A DNA stretch of 33,331 nt, from assembly GCA_048885525.1 (NCBI GenBank), contig JBHLLP010000038.1:1-33331 (forward strand), given 5' to 3'. The notes under the pieces were generated by a model, which had not been told where the DNA came from, searched no databases, and worked only from the letters and a program-made list of their open reading frames with translations. Below, piece by piece: positions 8,120-18,000 of this stretch (the stretch's first letter is position 1; each line of letters begins with the position of its first letter). This DNA is from Candidatus Hermodarchaeota archaeon. Lineage in GTDB: Archaea; Asgardarchaeota; Lokiarchaeia; Sigyniarchaeales; SOKP01. Both the position numbers and the translations under genes were made by a program.

Positions 8120-11100
8120 ATGACACATATAAAGCTAGTTTTTAAATATGCGTTTCATGATTTAAGCAAACAAAAGATCAGAACGTTATTAGCTATTATT
8201 GGAATGTTAATTTCTATTGGTTTACTTACAGTAGTCCTATTCTTATCTGATTCAATCTCTGTGGGTTATTCGGATTATCTTACTATTGAAGCAGGTAATC
8301 AAGACGCCGTTATCTCCGTAAGGCACTACAATGAAGAACCAAGTAATCGATCCTCGTATTTTGAATATAAGCCACTTATAGAAACTATTCAAATTGCATC
8401 AAATACTATAGAGAATTTTATCCCTAGAATGGAGGTAATTGGTTATGTTAACATTTCTGAAGGATTTCATACTACAGCGCTTAAAGATGAAGAAGAGTGG
8501 TCTACAATCTCAGCTATAAATTTCTCTCATGAAAATAGTTTAAATTTTGGAGCATTTGTGGATCCATTTTATAATGTGTTACTTGGTTTGAATGAACTCC
8601 CATTAAATCACTGTGCGATCTATTACGGTTTTAATGATATAATTAGATATTCTGAAAATGAAAACATTCAAATAAGAATGCAATTAACACATGGGAATAT
8701 TACATTAAACAGAACAGCAACCCTAATAATTGATAAAATTTTTGATTTTAATTTAAAATTCCCTGCGAATTATCGTAATAAGAATCTGATTGTAGTTGAT
8801 ATTAATACTCTTTATTATTATTTTGGGTATGAAAATTTTACTGGTAAGTGTAGTGAACTAATATTAACTTTTAAAGAAGCATCCAAGCTCTACGATATTA
8901 GAAATGTGGAAAGCTCCCAAATTAATGTGAAGAATCTTATCTCAGAAATTCAAATTGCTATAGGAATTAATGAATATAATATAGATTTGCCGAAATTACG
9001 AGCATTAGGATTTGCTGAATTTTTAAGTGTGTTTATTGTAATTGTGTTTGTTTTTGTTTCAATTATAGCGATGATGATTTCAGGTGTTCTTATTAATGGA
9101 ATACTAAAAACATCTGTAGAAGAGAGAATTAGAGAATTTGGTATATTCAGAACCTTAGGAGCTAACAAGAAGTATAACTTAGCAATTGTTTTAATGCAAG
9201 GTTTTTTGTTATGTAATTTTGGGTCAATTTCAGGAATTATAACAGCATTTATCCTTTCCCGATTTGTAATAATTCCTTTCGCAAATACAGTAGTCTCACA
9301 GAGTATGTTAGGATTTGGAACGATACCATTCTCTTTCACTTGGTTGTCAGTTTTTATTTCATATATTATGGGTATTAGTGTTGGGATGATTGTTAGTATT
9401 TCTCCTGCTCTAAAAGTAATGCAACTTCAATTAATTGAATCTATTCATCCGTATCGTCACGAAGATACATTATATCATTTACAGAAAAAAGCAACAGTAA
9501 ATTACAAATTAATTATAGCTGGAATTGTATTAGCATTTAATGGCGGTTTTGTGTTTTATGTAATACCAAGGATAATGGTTGCGAGTAATATGTCTCTACT
9601 TGCAGGTACATTAATAGCTATTTTACTAATATTTAACATTGGATTAACTCTTGCAGGATTGGGATTAATCCCCGTCATTTTAAGATTGGTAATTGGATTA
9701 TTTCGACCAATAGCCAGAAAATTACATAATGTCATTAAAATTTTTGTTTTTCGATACCAACGGAGAAATTCGAGTACAGTCATGATATTTGCATTATCTT
9801 TCTCATTTGTTATTTTTACATCAACTCTTATTAATACTTTGTCAGGACAAGTTGGTGCTACAACTAAATTAAGGTACGGATCAGATATATTGATTGAAAC
9901 TAGAGGATGGGAAGAATCTGAAGATGGATTCGAAGGGGGATTTGGAGGTGGTGGTTTTGGTATGATGATTAGCCAAGAGAGTTCAGTTACCCGAATGGCT
10001 GATTCATTAGAAAACCAAAATTACGATAATAGCATTGATCCAAATAAAATCATTACAACTGAATTTGAAGAAAAGTTATTAGCGATAGAAGGTATTGAGA
10101 AAGTATCCTCTGTTTTGGCAAGACCGTATCAATTAACTCAAATTTACGCTGAAGTGGATAAAGAATTTAGTGCTGAAATTGGAGATTATGCTGGATTAGC
10201 TACGCAAGAGATAACATTAATTGGGATTGATGAGCAATATCCCTTCACTGTGAAAAGAGAATTAATAGAAATGAGTTCTGGAAATATAGATAGTGCTTTT
10301 ACAAACTTGTTCCATAACAATCAATATTACACTTGTATTATTTCTGAAGCAATATCAATAGATATGTCTTTATTACTTGGTGATAAAGTACGAATTGTTA
10401 TCCAGAGAGGAGATGAATCAGAAGTATATCCTTTTATAATTGCTGGGACAGCAAAAAGCATGCCAGGATTTACTCGAGAGTTTGGAGCATCTCCAATGGG
10501 TGCTTCAATGGGGGGGGTATTAATCTCTCAAGCGATCTATGTCGAAATTATGGATATACCTCCAGTCCCCTATTTAGATAGAATTTTTATCAAACTTCGA
10601 GAAGATAAATTATCAGAAGCGCGAAATATTGAGGATTTAATTGATGAATCATATCAATTAGATTACAATTATGAAATTTCGAATCTAGCAAGAATGATAG
10701 CACAACAAGAATCTGCATTTTTTGTATTAGATACTCTATTTACTCTTATAGCTCTTACAACAGTATTTATTTGTGTTTTTGGATTGTTATCTTCATCTTA
10801 TTCAACTATTATTGAAAGAAAGAAAGAGATTGGTATTGTTCGAACATTGGGATTAAAAGGTAGAGAAATTAATCGCCTATTTATAATTGAATCATTAATA
10901 ATAATGATTAGTAGTGGAACAATAGGCATTGTGGTTGGATGGTTAACTAGTTGGTTGGTTACAAGTCAGTTGATGGGTACTTTAGTAGGGATGCCGACAA
11001 TTATATACATACCCTGGTTCAATATCATTTTAATTTATTCACTTTCTGTAATAATGATCTATTTTGGAATGAAATTGTTGTTAAGAAAAATTAGAAAGAA

Positions 11101-11134
11101 AAAAATAGTAGAAATATATAGAGAAACATTTTAG
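8120..11134 (+). CDS. Double-FtsX-domain (type VII) ABC permease A
   Basis: N-terminal amphipathic helix plus TM and two large extracytoplasmic domains. FtsX motifs EERIREFGIFRTLGA and IERKKEIGIVRTLG; multiple TM segments. Confidence 0.92.
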   Translation: MTHIKLVFKYAFHDLSKQKIRTLLAIIGMLISIGLLTVVLFLSDSISVGYSDYLTIEAGNQDAVISVRHYNEEPSNRSSYFEYKPLIETIQIASNTIENFIPRMEVIGYVNISEGFHTTALKDEEEWSTISAINFSHENSLNFGAFVDPFYNVLLGLNELPLNHCAIYYGFNDIIRYSENENIQIRMQLTHGNITLNRTATLIIDKIFDFNLKFPANYRNKNLIVVDINTLYYYFGYENFTGKCSELILTFKEASKLYDIRNVESSQINVKNLISEIQIAIGINEYNIDLPKLRALGFAEFLSVFIVIVFVFVSIIAMMISGVLINGILKTSVEERIREFGIFRTLGANKKYNLAIVLMQGFLLCNFGSISGIITAFILSRFVIIPFANTVVSQSMLGFGTIPFSFTWLSVFISYIMGISVGMIVSISPALKVMQLQLIESIHPYRHEDTLYHLQKKATVNYKLIIAGIVLAFNGGFVFYVIPRIMVASNMSLLAGTLIAILLIFNIGLTLAGLGLIPVILRLVIGLFRPIARKLHNVIKIFVFRYQRRNSSTVMIFALSFSFVIFTSTLINTLSGQVGATTKLRYGSDILIETRGWEESEDGFEGGFGGGGFGMMISQESSVTRMADSLENQNYDNSIDPNKIITTEFEEKLLAIEGIEKVSSVLARPYQLTQIYAEVDKEFSAEIGDYAGLATQEITLIGIDEQYPFTVKRELIEMSSGNIDSAFTNLFHNNQYYTCIISEAISIDMSLLLGDKVRIVIQRGDESEVYPFIIAGTAKSMPGFTREFGASPMGASMGGVLISQAIYVEIMDIPPVPYLDRIFIKLREDKLSEARNIEDLIDESYQLDYNYEISNLARMIAQQESAFFVLDTLFTLIALTTVFICVFGLLSSSYSTIIERKKEIGIVRTLGLKGREINRLFIIESLIIMISSGTIGIVVGWLTSWLVTSQLMGTLVGMPTIIYIPWFNIILIYSLSVIMIYFGMKLLLRKIRKKKIVEIYRETF

Positions 11135-11149
11135 AGGGATTACTGAATA

Positions 11150-14100
11150 TTGAAAAAAAATAAATGGATTGTATATTTTATTTTATTCTTTATCATTTTT
11201 CTTACTCCCTTAAGTGTATTTTTCTACCGATATAATGAAGCCGAAAATTTTGAAGAAGATAATGTAAAAGAAATTAATGAGAAGAATTTAAAACCTTCTG
11301 ATATTGCTGGATCAGACCTTTATGCTGAAAAGATAAATGCTTTTGTAGCAGGTAATAAATCAATAATAAAGCAGTCACTTTTTACAAATGATACAAACAT
11401 TTTATCGCAATTTGATTCAAATGATCCAGCTTTCTATAAATGTAATGTGATTATGAGTGCTTCAAATGGAATTAAACCAGCTATCTTTCCAAATGTTCTA
11501 ACTGAGAATGATATTACTTCCCAGTATCACGTAGGGTTCAACAATTTTGTTGGATTTCTTTTTTATGATCAGGATGTGAAACCTCAAGATGCAGAATCAA
11601 GAGCAGAAAGAGCGCTTGAAATAATTAGAAGAAAATTTAAGATTGATCTTATTATGATCAATGTTTCAGAACCTAATTTCTTTCCTTTTATTGGTTCTTG
11701 TCCAAATTGGGATTGCTATTTTAGTGAACTTACAACTAATTTTCCAATGGATGGATACTGGAAAGCTTTGGATCTAAATCGCTTACTTAGCCAACAATAT
11801 TTAGAAAATTATCATATTTCTTCAACATTCTTGCTCCTAAATTCGTTAGATTTTTTTAATGGAGATTATGATATATCCACAGATCAAGTAAATTTTAATA
11901 TTGAATCTATAGATTTATCCTTTCTTGAAAGTTTAGAAATTGAAGAATTAATAGATCAATTAGATGCGGCATTAGAGAGTTTTGGAGATTCCTTCAATGC
12001 TACAGTTTCAGAAGAAGAATTAGAACAATTCGTTGAAATTTTCAGTGCATTTACCCTTAAAAATGATTCACATTATACTAGTATATCAGTTCAATATGAA
12101 GGTTTAGCTGAAGGAATTGAACAAATTGGTAAAAATCAATATAAGTTTAATTTATGGGATGCGTTAGGTTATCAAGGCTCTCCATTAGCACCTAGTAAAA
12201 AAATATATATTGCATTAACAGGAGCTCTAATGAGTGAAATAAAAATAGACATTTTATGTACAGATATTATTGATACAACACCATTGTATTTTGATTTTTA
12301 TGATTATCTTTTGGAACAAATAGGATTACTTCTTTATTTTGCAGGGATTGAATTTGATATACAAAGCCTTGAAGATTATTCATTTGAACTATTGTGGGCA
12401 GATGAAGAAGGAATTAAACAGTCATATGTTAAACCTATAAATAGGCAAGATCCTACAGACATTATAAATATGTTGCAACAATTAGGTTTTCAAGGTTTTT
12501 CTTATATTCCAACTGGTATTGTGGAGCCAATAGGACAATTTACAATAACTTACAATATTTCTAATTCAGATCCAAATTTATTACTAAAAAAGGAATTAAT
12601 TGAAGAAAATGCATCTTATGGCGTATTTCGAAATTTTTCCTATTACATAACAGCAGAAAATGTTGGAAATAAAATTGCGTGGGGAGTACCAACTCCAATT
12701 CCTTTAGAGTTAGATTACTTTTTTCAAATAGTAAGTCCCATTTATTGGGAGAATGTTAAAAATGATATGTGGAATAGAATTAAAATTGAATATCCAAATC
12801 AATATAATTCTTTAGAGGATTTCTTTAATTTTGATGACGATCCTCGAATCTTCTATTTTGATTCGTTTGGTATTGGAACTTATGATACTTATTATCCTAA
12901 TATTCTAAATATATCAAATTTATGGCCATATAATGAAGATGCTGATTATATTATTGGTCTCGTATACAATATAAACCCAGCTTATTTCCCAATTTTTGAT
13001 ATTGATACTGTAAAAGAGTTATTTACTAATGAAGATAGTATTTGGAATGATGATAATTGGAGATTAAACCCTGGAGAGATTATCTCTTACCAAATCGATA
13101 ATTACTCTATCTCAAATTTAGATTCTTTTACTCCTTTTTATAGAAATAATTTTACCATTGATTTTGTTTCAGAAATCCCTGAAATTGTGTCAGGTACCAC
13201 TCTTTATAATACTTCTCCCGATATGGCGTTATCTACAGATAATAGTAGTTGGACAATTGGCTCTGTTGAAAAATATTTAGAAGAAACAATAGAAATTAAT
13301 TTTATTTTTAGCAATGATACCCAAATTGATTTTACTAATTTTATCTTAGAGAAAATCTCTATTCTAATAAATTTCACAATATCCGAGGATTTGGAATCCT
13401 TAGACTTTGCAATTTTTAATTTCGAAAATGAAGAATTTCAGGATATTAGTCCAAATTTAGATTCGATTACAAATGATTCTTGGACCTTCTCATTCATCAA
13501 TGACAATCAAACTACTCTTAATTGGCTTTTCTATCCATCAGATAATGAAGATTATATAGTTCTTTTTAAAATCAGGTGCCTCAATCCAGACCCCTTTAAT
13601 ATTTCTATCAACGATTTAGATATTGAATTTTCTACCAGAGATATTAATTTTAATGAAGATTCAGGAGCTAGAGTCGTATATAGTTCTTCATTTGGTACGA
13701 TTCAGTTTGAGAGAAGATCTAATTCTATTCCTCTTAGTACTTATGATGCAGCTTCAATAATAGCCACTTCATATTTAACTAATTATAGCTCAACACCAGG
13801 AGGATTGAATAATTATTGCCTCACATTTAAGAATATTGGTGCTAATAGTGCTAAAAATATTAGTATTTCTTTATTAATTCCAGGTATCATTGAAAATCCT
13901 AATGATTTTACACTTCAAAATAGTAATTTAACTTATTTTCTCTCTAGCCTAGAACCTTCTGAAGAAAAAACTATAAATTTTACTTTCTATGTGCCGAATT
14001 CAATTTCCATTAGCGATGTCTTAATATCATATAATAATCCAGAGAATATTGAGGGGGGAAATTCTTCTAGAATTGTTAGTTTAACTAATGAGGTTTATGT

Positions 14101-15070
14101 TTCTGCATTTGTAGATTATGAAGATTTATTTCCACTTATAAGAACTATTGAGATTAATTATAATAAGGGTAACATAAATTCAATTAATAATAGTCCTGGT
14201 ATAGGGGACTTATTTAATCTTACAATAAATCTTAAAAATGTTGGGCCTTTTGGGTTTAATCTCCCAGATATTAATATATCTATGAATGATCAGTTTGGAG
14301 ATTTGAAGAGAATAGATAATAAGTCATTATATTTAATAGATATTGCATATAATGAGACACTTTCTTTTAATATTACATTAAAAAAGATAGGATGGAAAGG
14401 ATATTATTATCCTCCTATAAATTTTGTTGAAAGCTCGGAAAGTAGAGTTCTTCAAATTTATAGGTCAACATCCTTGATATTAGGAGAAATTAATCTTTCT
14501 ATAATTAAAAATGTGAATAAGGATCAAATTGAAATCAAGAATTCGATTATTGTAAGCATTGAAGTCGAGAATACAGGAACAATAAGTATAGCTAATATAA
14601 TAATTAACGATATGATTAGTTATTCCCAGTCGGATTTCTCGTTAGAGAAGGGAAAACTGGTTAATCTAATTGATTCTTTAGATCCTGGTGAAAAGGTTAC
14701 TTTTAATTACACTCTTAAAGCAAAAAGACAAAATCTTGTGAGTTTAAAACCAACCTCTATAAAGTTTTATTATTTGAATGAAAATGAAGTTATATCAAAT
14801 AGTGTTATAGTAAAAATTATTATTCCTAAAATCAGACAATATTCTTATATATTTTTATCGTTTCTAATTGCTTTTGGAGTTTTTATTATATATTTTTGGC
14901 AGATTAAAAGATATAAAAAGAAAAGAATCGAATTCCAAAGATCTGAGATGCAAATTTTTGAGTTGAGTTCAAGAGAAACGATCCTCAAAATAGAACACGA
15001 TTTAACTGAAAGATTAGCCATCATGTCGAATAAATCTAAAGAAAAATCAATCAATTTTGAAACAAATTAA
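11150..15070 (+). CDS. Large membrane-anchored surface glycoprotein with DUF11/BatD/CARDB-like Ig domains (S-layer-like)
   Basis: TTG start; N-terminal basic plus hydrophobic signal; acidic composition; about 30 N-x-S/T sequons by hand count. Repeated xxxxxNxG...L.P.E....F motifs; C-terminal TM (YIFLSFLIAFGVFIIYFW) followed by KRYKKKR. Confidence 0.75.
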   Translation: MKKNKWIVYFILFFIIFLTPLSVFFYRYNEAENFEEDNVKEINEKNLKPSDIAGSDLYAEKINAFVAGNKSIIKQSLFTNDTNILSQFDSNDPAFYKCNVIMSASNGIKPAIFPNVLTENDITSQYHVGFNNFVGFLFYDQDVKPQDAESRAERALEIIRRKFKIDLIMINVSEPNFFPFIGSCPNWDCYFSELTTNFPMDGYWKALDLNRLLSQQYLENYHISSTFLLLNSLDFFNGDYDISTDQVNFNIESIDLSFLESLEIEELIDQLDAALESFGDSFNATVSEEELEQFVEIFSAFTLKNDSHYTSISVQYEGLAEGIEQIGKNQYKFNLWDALGYQGSPLAPSKKIYIALTGALMSEIKIDILCTDIIDTTPLYFDFYDYLLEQIGLLLYFAGIEFDIQSLEDYSFELLWADEEGIKQSYVKPINRQDPTDIINMLQQLGFQGFSYIPTGIVEPIGQFTITYNISNSDPNLLLKKELIEENASYGVFRNFSYYITAENVGNKIAWGVPTPIPLELDYFFQIVSPIYWENVKNDMWNRIKIEYPNQYNSLEDFFNFDDDPRIFYFDSFGIGTYDTYYPNILNISNLWPYNEDADYIIGLVYNINPAYFPIFDIDTVKELFTNEDSIWNDDNWRLNPGEIISYQIDNYSISNLDSFTPFYRNNFTIDFVSEIPEIVSGTTLYNTSPDMALSTDNSSWTIGSVEKYLEETIEINFIFSNDTQIDFTNFILEKISILINFTISEDLESLDFAIFNFENEEFQDISPNLDSITNDSWTFSFINDNQTTLNWLFYPSDNEDYIVLFKIRCLNPDPFNISINDLDIEFSTRDINFNEDSGARVVYSSSFGTIQFERRSNSIPLSTYDAASIIATSYLTNYSSTPGGLNNYCLTFKNIGANSAKNISISLLIPGIIENPNDFTLQNSNLTYFLSSLEPSEEKTINFTFYVPNSISISDVLISYNNPENIEGGNSSRIVSLTNEVYVSAFVDYEDLFPLIRTIEINYNKGNINSINNSPGIGDLFNLTINLKNVGPFGFNLPDINISMNDQFGDLKRIDNKSLYLIDIAYNETLSFNITLKKIGWKGYYYPPINFVESSESRVLQIYRSTSLILGEINLSIIKNVNKDQIEIKNSIIVSIEVENTGTISIANIIINDMISYSQSDFSLEKGKLVNLIDSLDPGEKVTFNYTLKAKRQNLVSLKPTSIKFYYLNENEVISNSVIVKIIIPKIRQYSYIFLSFLIAFGVFIIYFWQIKRYKKKRIEFQRSEMQIFELSSRETILKIEHDLTERLAIMSNKSKEKSINFETN

Positions 15071-15085
15071 CTTATAGACAATGAG

Positions 15086-18000
15086 TTGAAAAATAATGAA
15101 AAAAGGGGAAATGAGATGAGAAGAAAACAAATATATACTTTTTTAATACTTTTTATTCTCTTACTATCATTTTCTGGTTTATTTTTTAACGGAATACATT
15201 CAAAGAGATTCTCAATTGATTTATTAGAGGACACCCACAATGATCCTAACCTGAAAGTTTCAAATAATTATCAAGAGAATATAATTGTATTTTTTGATAG
15301 CCCCTCATACAATGATTCAGTTAGAATTAGTTTTGAGACTTATGGTGGTATTATAAAGAAAGAATGGAATAATCAATTTCAGTCAATTTCAGGATTTGCG
15401 GGTAATATACCTCTCGAAAATAACTTAACTGCATTTCAAAATGAGTTTCCCGATGCTATAATAGAAAACGATGAAATTCTAGAAACGCAAATGAATTATG
15501 CATCTATCCAGTCTGGAGCTATTAATTCTACGTGGTATTTAAATGGGCTTATGGGTGATACTAATTCTTCTATAGCAGTATTAGATACAGGAGTTAATTC
15601 TAATCATGATTTTTTAACTGGAGATATTCTTGGTTGGGAAAATTTCGTAGATTCACAGCCAATATCAGATGATAATGGACATGGGACTTTCATATCTTCT
15701 GTAATTTCTGGAACCGGTACTGAACCATTTGACTCTATTACTCCCTCATTAATTAAAATTAGTGGAAATTATTCACATACAGAATTATTTGATGAATTTT
15801 CTGTCTCAAAGAACTATACTTTAAAAATTATCTCTATTAATGCTTCAAAAGCAAATTCAAACATTTTTATTAATTCTTCATGGAATTTGGAAGTTAGTGG
15901 AATAGATGGTTTTTGGTTCGAATTATATAAAGATGATACTTTAGTTAAATCTACTGTTAATGCGACTGTTAATCTTTATTATACGATAAATCATACACTT
16001 ACCCAAACTTCATTAGGGATTTATGATTTATACCTTAAATATCATAAACAACTTCTAACTAAACCAACTTTTTCATTTAATACTCAAATCTCTTACTTTC
16101 CCGAAGTTTATATTGAAAATAGAACCCATTTTACAGGTATTGCAAATGCTACTAAAATAGTTGCCTATAAAATTTTAAATCAATCTGGTATAGGTTACAC
16201 TTCTGATCTAATATCCGCATTCGCAAGTGTTATCCAAAATAGAACTAAATATCATATTGTTAGTGTTTGTTTAAGTGTTGGCAGTTTAGGGGAAGACATA
16301 AAAGCGATTAATTCGGTAATAAACGAAGTAATAGAAAATGGAATTATAGTTGTAATTTCAGCAGGGAATACAGGCATAGAATTATCTGATTCATTGAATA
16401 AATTAGCGGAGAACAAAAATGCTATTGTTGTTGGAGCAATAAATGATGAAGATCAAGTTACCTCTTACAGTAGTATGGGAAAAGAAATCGATAGTATTAT
16501 TAAACCAGATATTGTTGCTCCTGGTGGCAGTAAATTAGGCGGTCATCGTTCAATAATTGCTGCTGATAAAGAAATTGATAAGGCCACTTCTGCTTATGGA
16601 ACTTCAATTGCTACAGCTATAGTTTCTGCTTCGATTAATCTTTTAATAGAAGCAAGATGGAACGATTGGAATCAATGGAATAATCTTAATTTGACAGAAT
16701 GGGCTAAATACTTAAAGGCATTTCTCCTAATGACTGCTTCAGAAACAAATACTGAAAGAGAGGATGACCCTTTTACCTTGGTTGATGAAAGTGACTATTC
16801 ACCATCCTTATCTCTTGCTCCATTAACAAGTGGTTTAAAAGATATTCATGAAGGATATGGAAGAATAAATATTCAAGCTGCTATTGATGCTTTAACAAAA
16901 AATGTTGAGGTTAATAGTTCAATTAATGGTAATCTAGTAAGTTCGCAAAGAAATCCTCTTGGAAGGCATGTTTTTGCACGTCAAATTAAGCTAGATAAGG
17001 ATATTCAATATTCATTTAATTTAGACGTACCAAATTTTTTTGCTAATTTTGATATGTTTTTGTTTTCGAATGAATCAAATCAATATGGAGAACCAATCCT
17101 ATTAGAATCTTCTAGGAAGGAATACGGTGATTTTGACTATTTTTATTTTACTCCAAAAGAAAAACAAACTAATTGCGTTATAGTTATTAAAGCAGTTCAA
17201 GGAAGGAGTGACTTTACATTAAATATTTCGACAGTCAATAACTACTTTGAACCAGAATTAAAGGTATCCGAAATAAATTATGCTGGTGGTTCTAAAAATA
17301 CAACAATTATGAGTTTACAAGAATATATGGGAAATGAACCAAAAAAGAACTATAGTATTGATAGTTATAGGTTTTATATCGAGTATTATGATAATGATAC
17401 TTCCAATGTACCACCTCAAGAAGTCTATGTTTGTATTATCGAAGAATCTCAAAACTTTACATTATCTCAATATATCCCTTCAGAGGATAATTACACGAAT
17501 GGCGTATTATTTTTAAGTGATTACATTCAATTTAATAAAACTGGATTGTTTCATTATTTTTTTGTTGCAAGTGATGGTATGCACAAAACAAGATATCCCG
17601 AAACTGGATTCCTTAATATTACAATTGAGTTTCCAACAGATAGTATCCAATTCCCACATTTTCATAATTTTAACGAAGGCCTTGGTAATTGGAGCTATAC
17701 TGGCACTGGATGGGGAACACTTTATCAAAGTAATATGAACGATAATAGATCAAGAATTTATGAGAATCCATGGAATTCATTATACTTTGGCACATATCAT
17801 GATTATCCAATGAATTACACTTACCAACCTGTTAGTTTAGCTGAAGATCCTTTTCCAAATGGGTCTTTAATTAGCCCATTATGTAATTTAACGAATATTG
17901 ATGAAAATTCTACAAATCCTTTTGTATATTTTGGACTTAGAACAAGTATTAATGCTGAAGATTTTATTTATTTACAAATTAATCTAAATTGGACAGGCTG

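Noticed and set aside
5509-9783. Minus-strand ORFs at 5509, 5939, 6319, 7123, 7371, 8950 and 9556
   Set aside because: All lie antisense within well-supported plus-strand genes.
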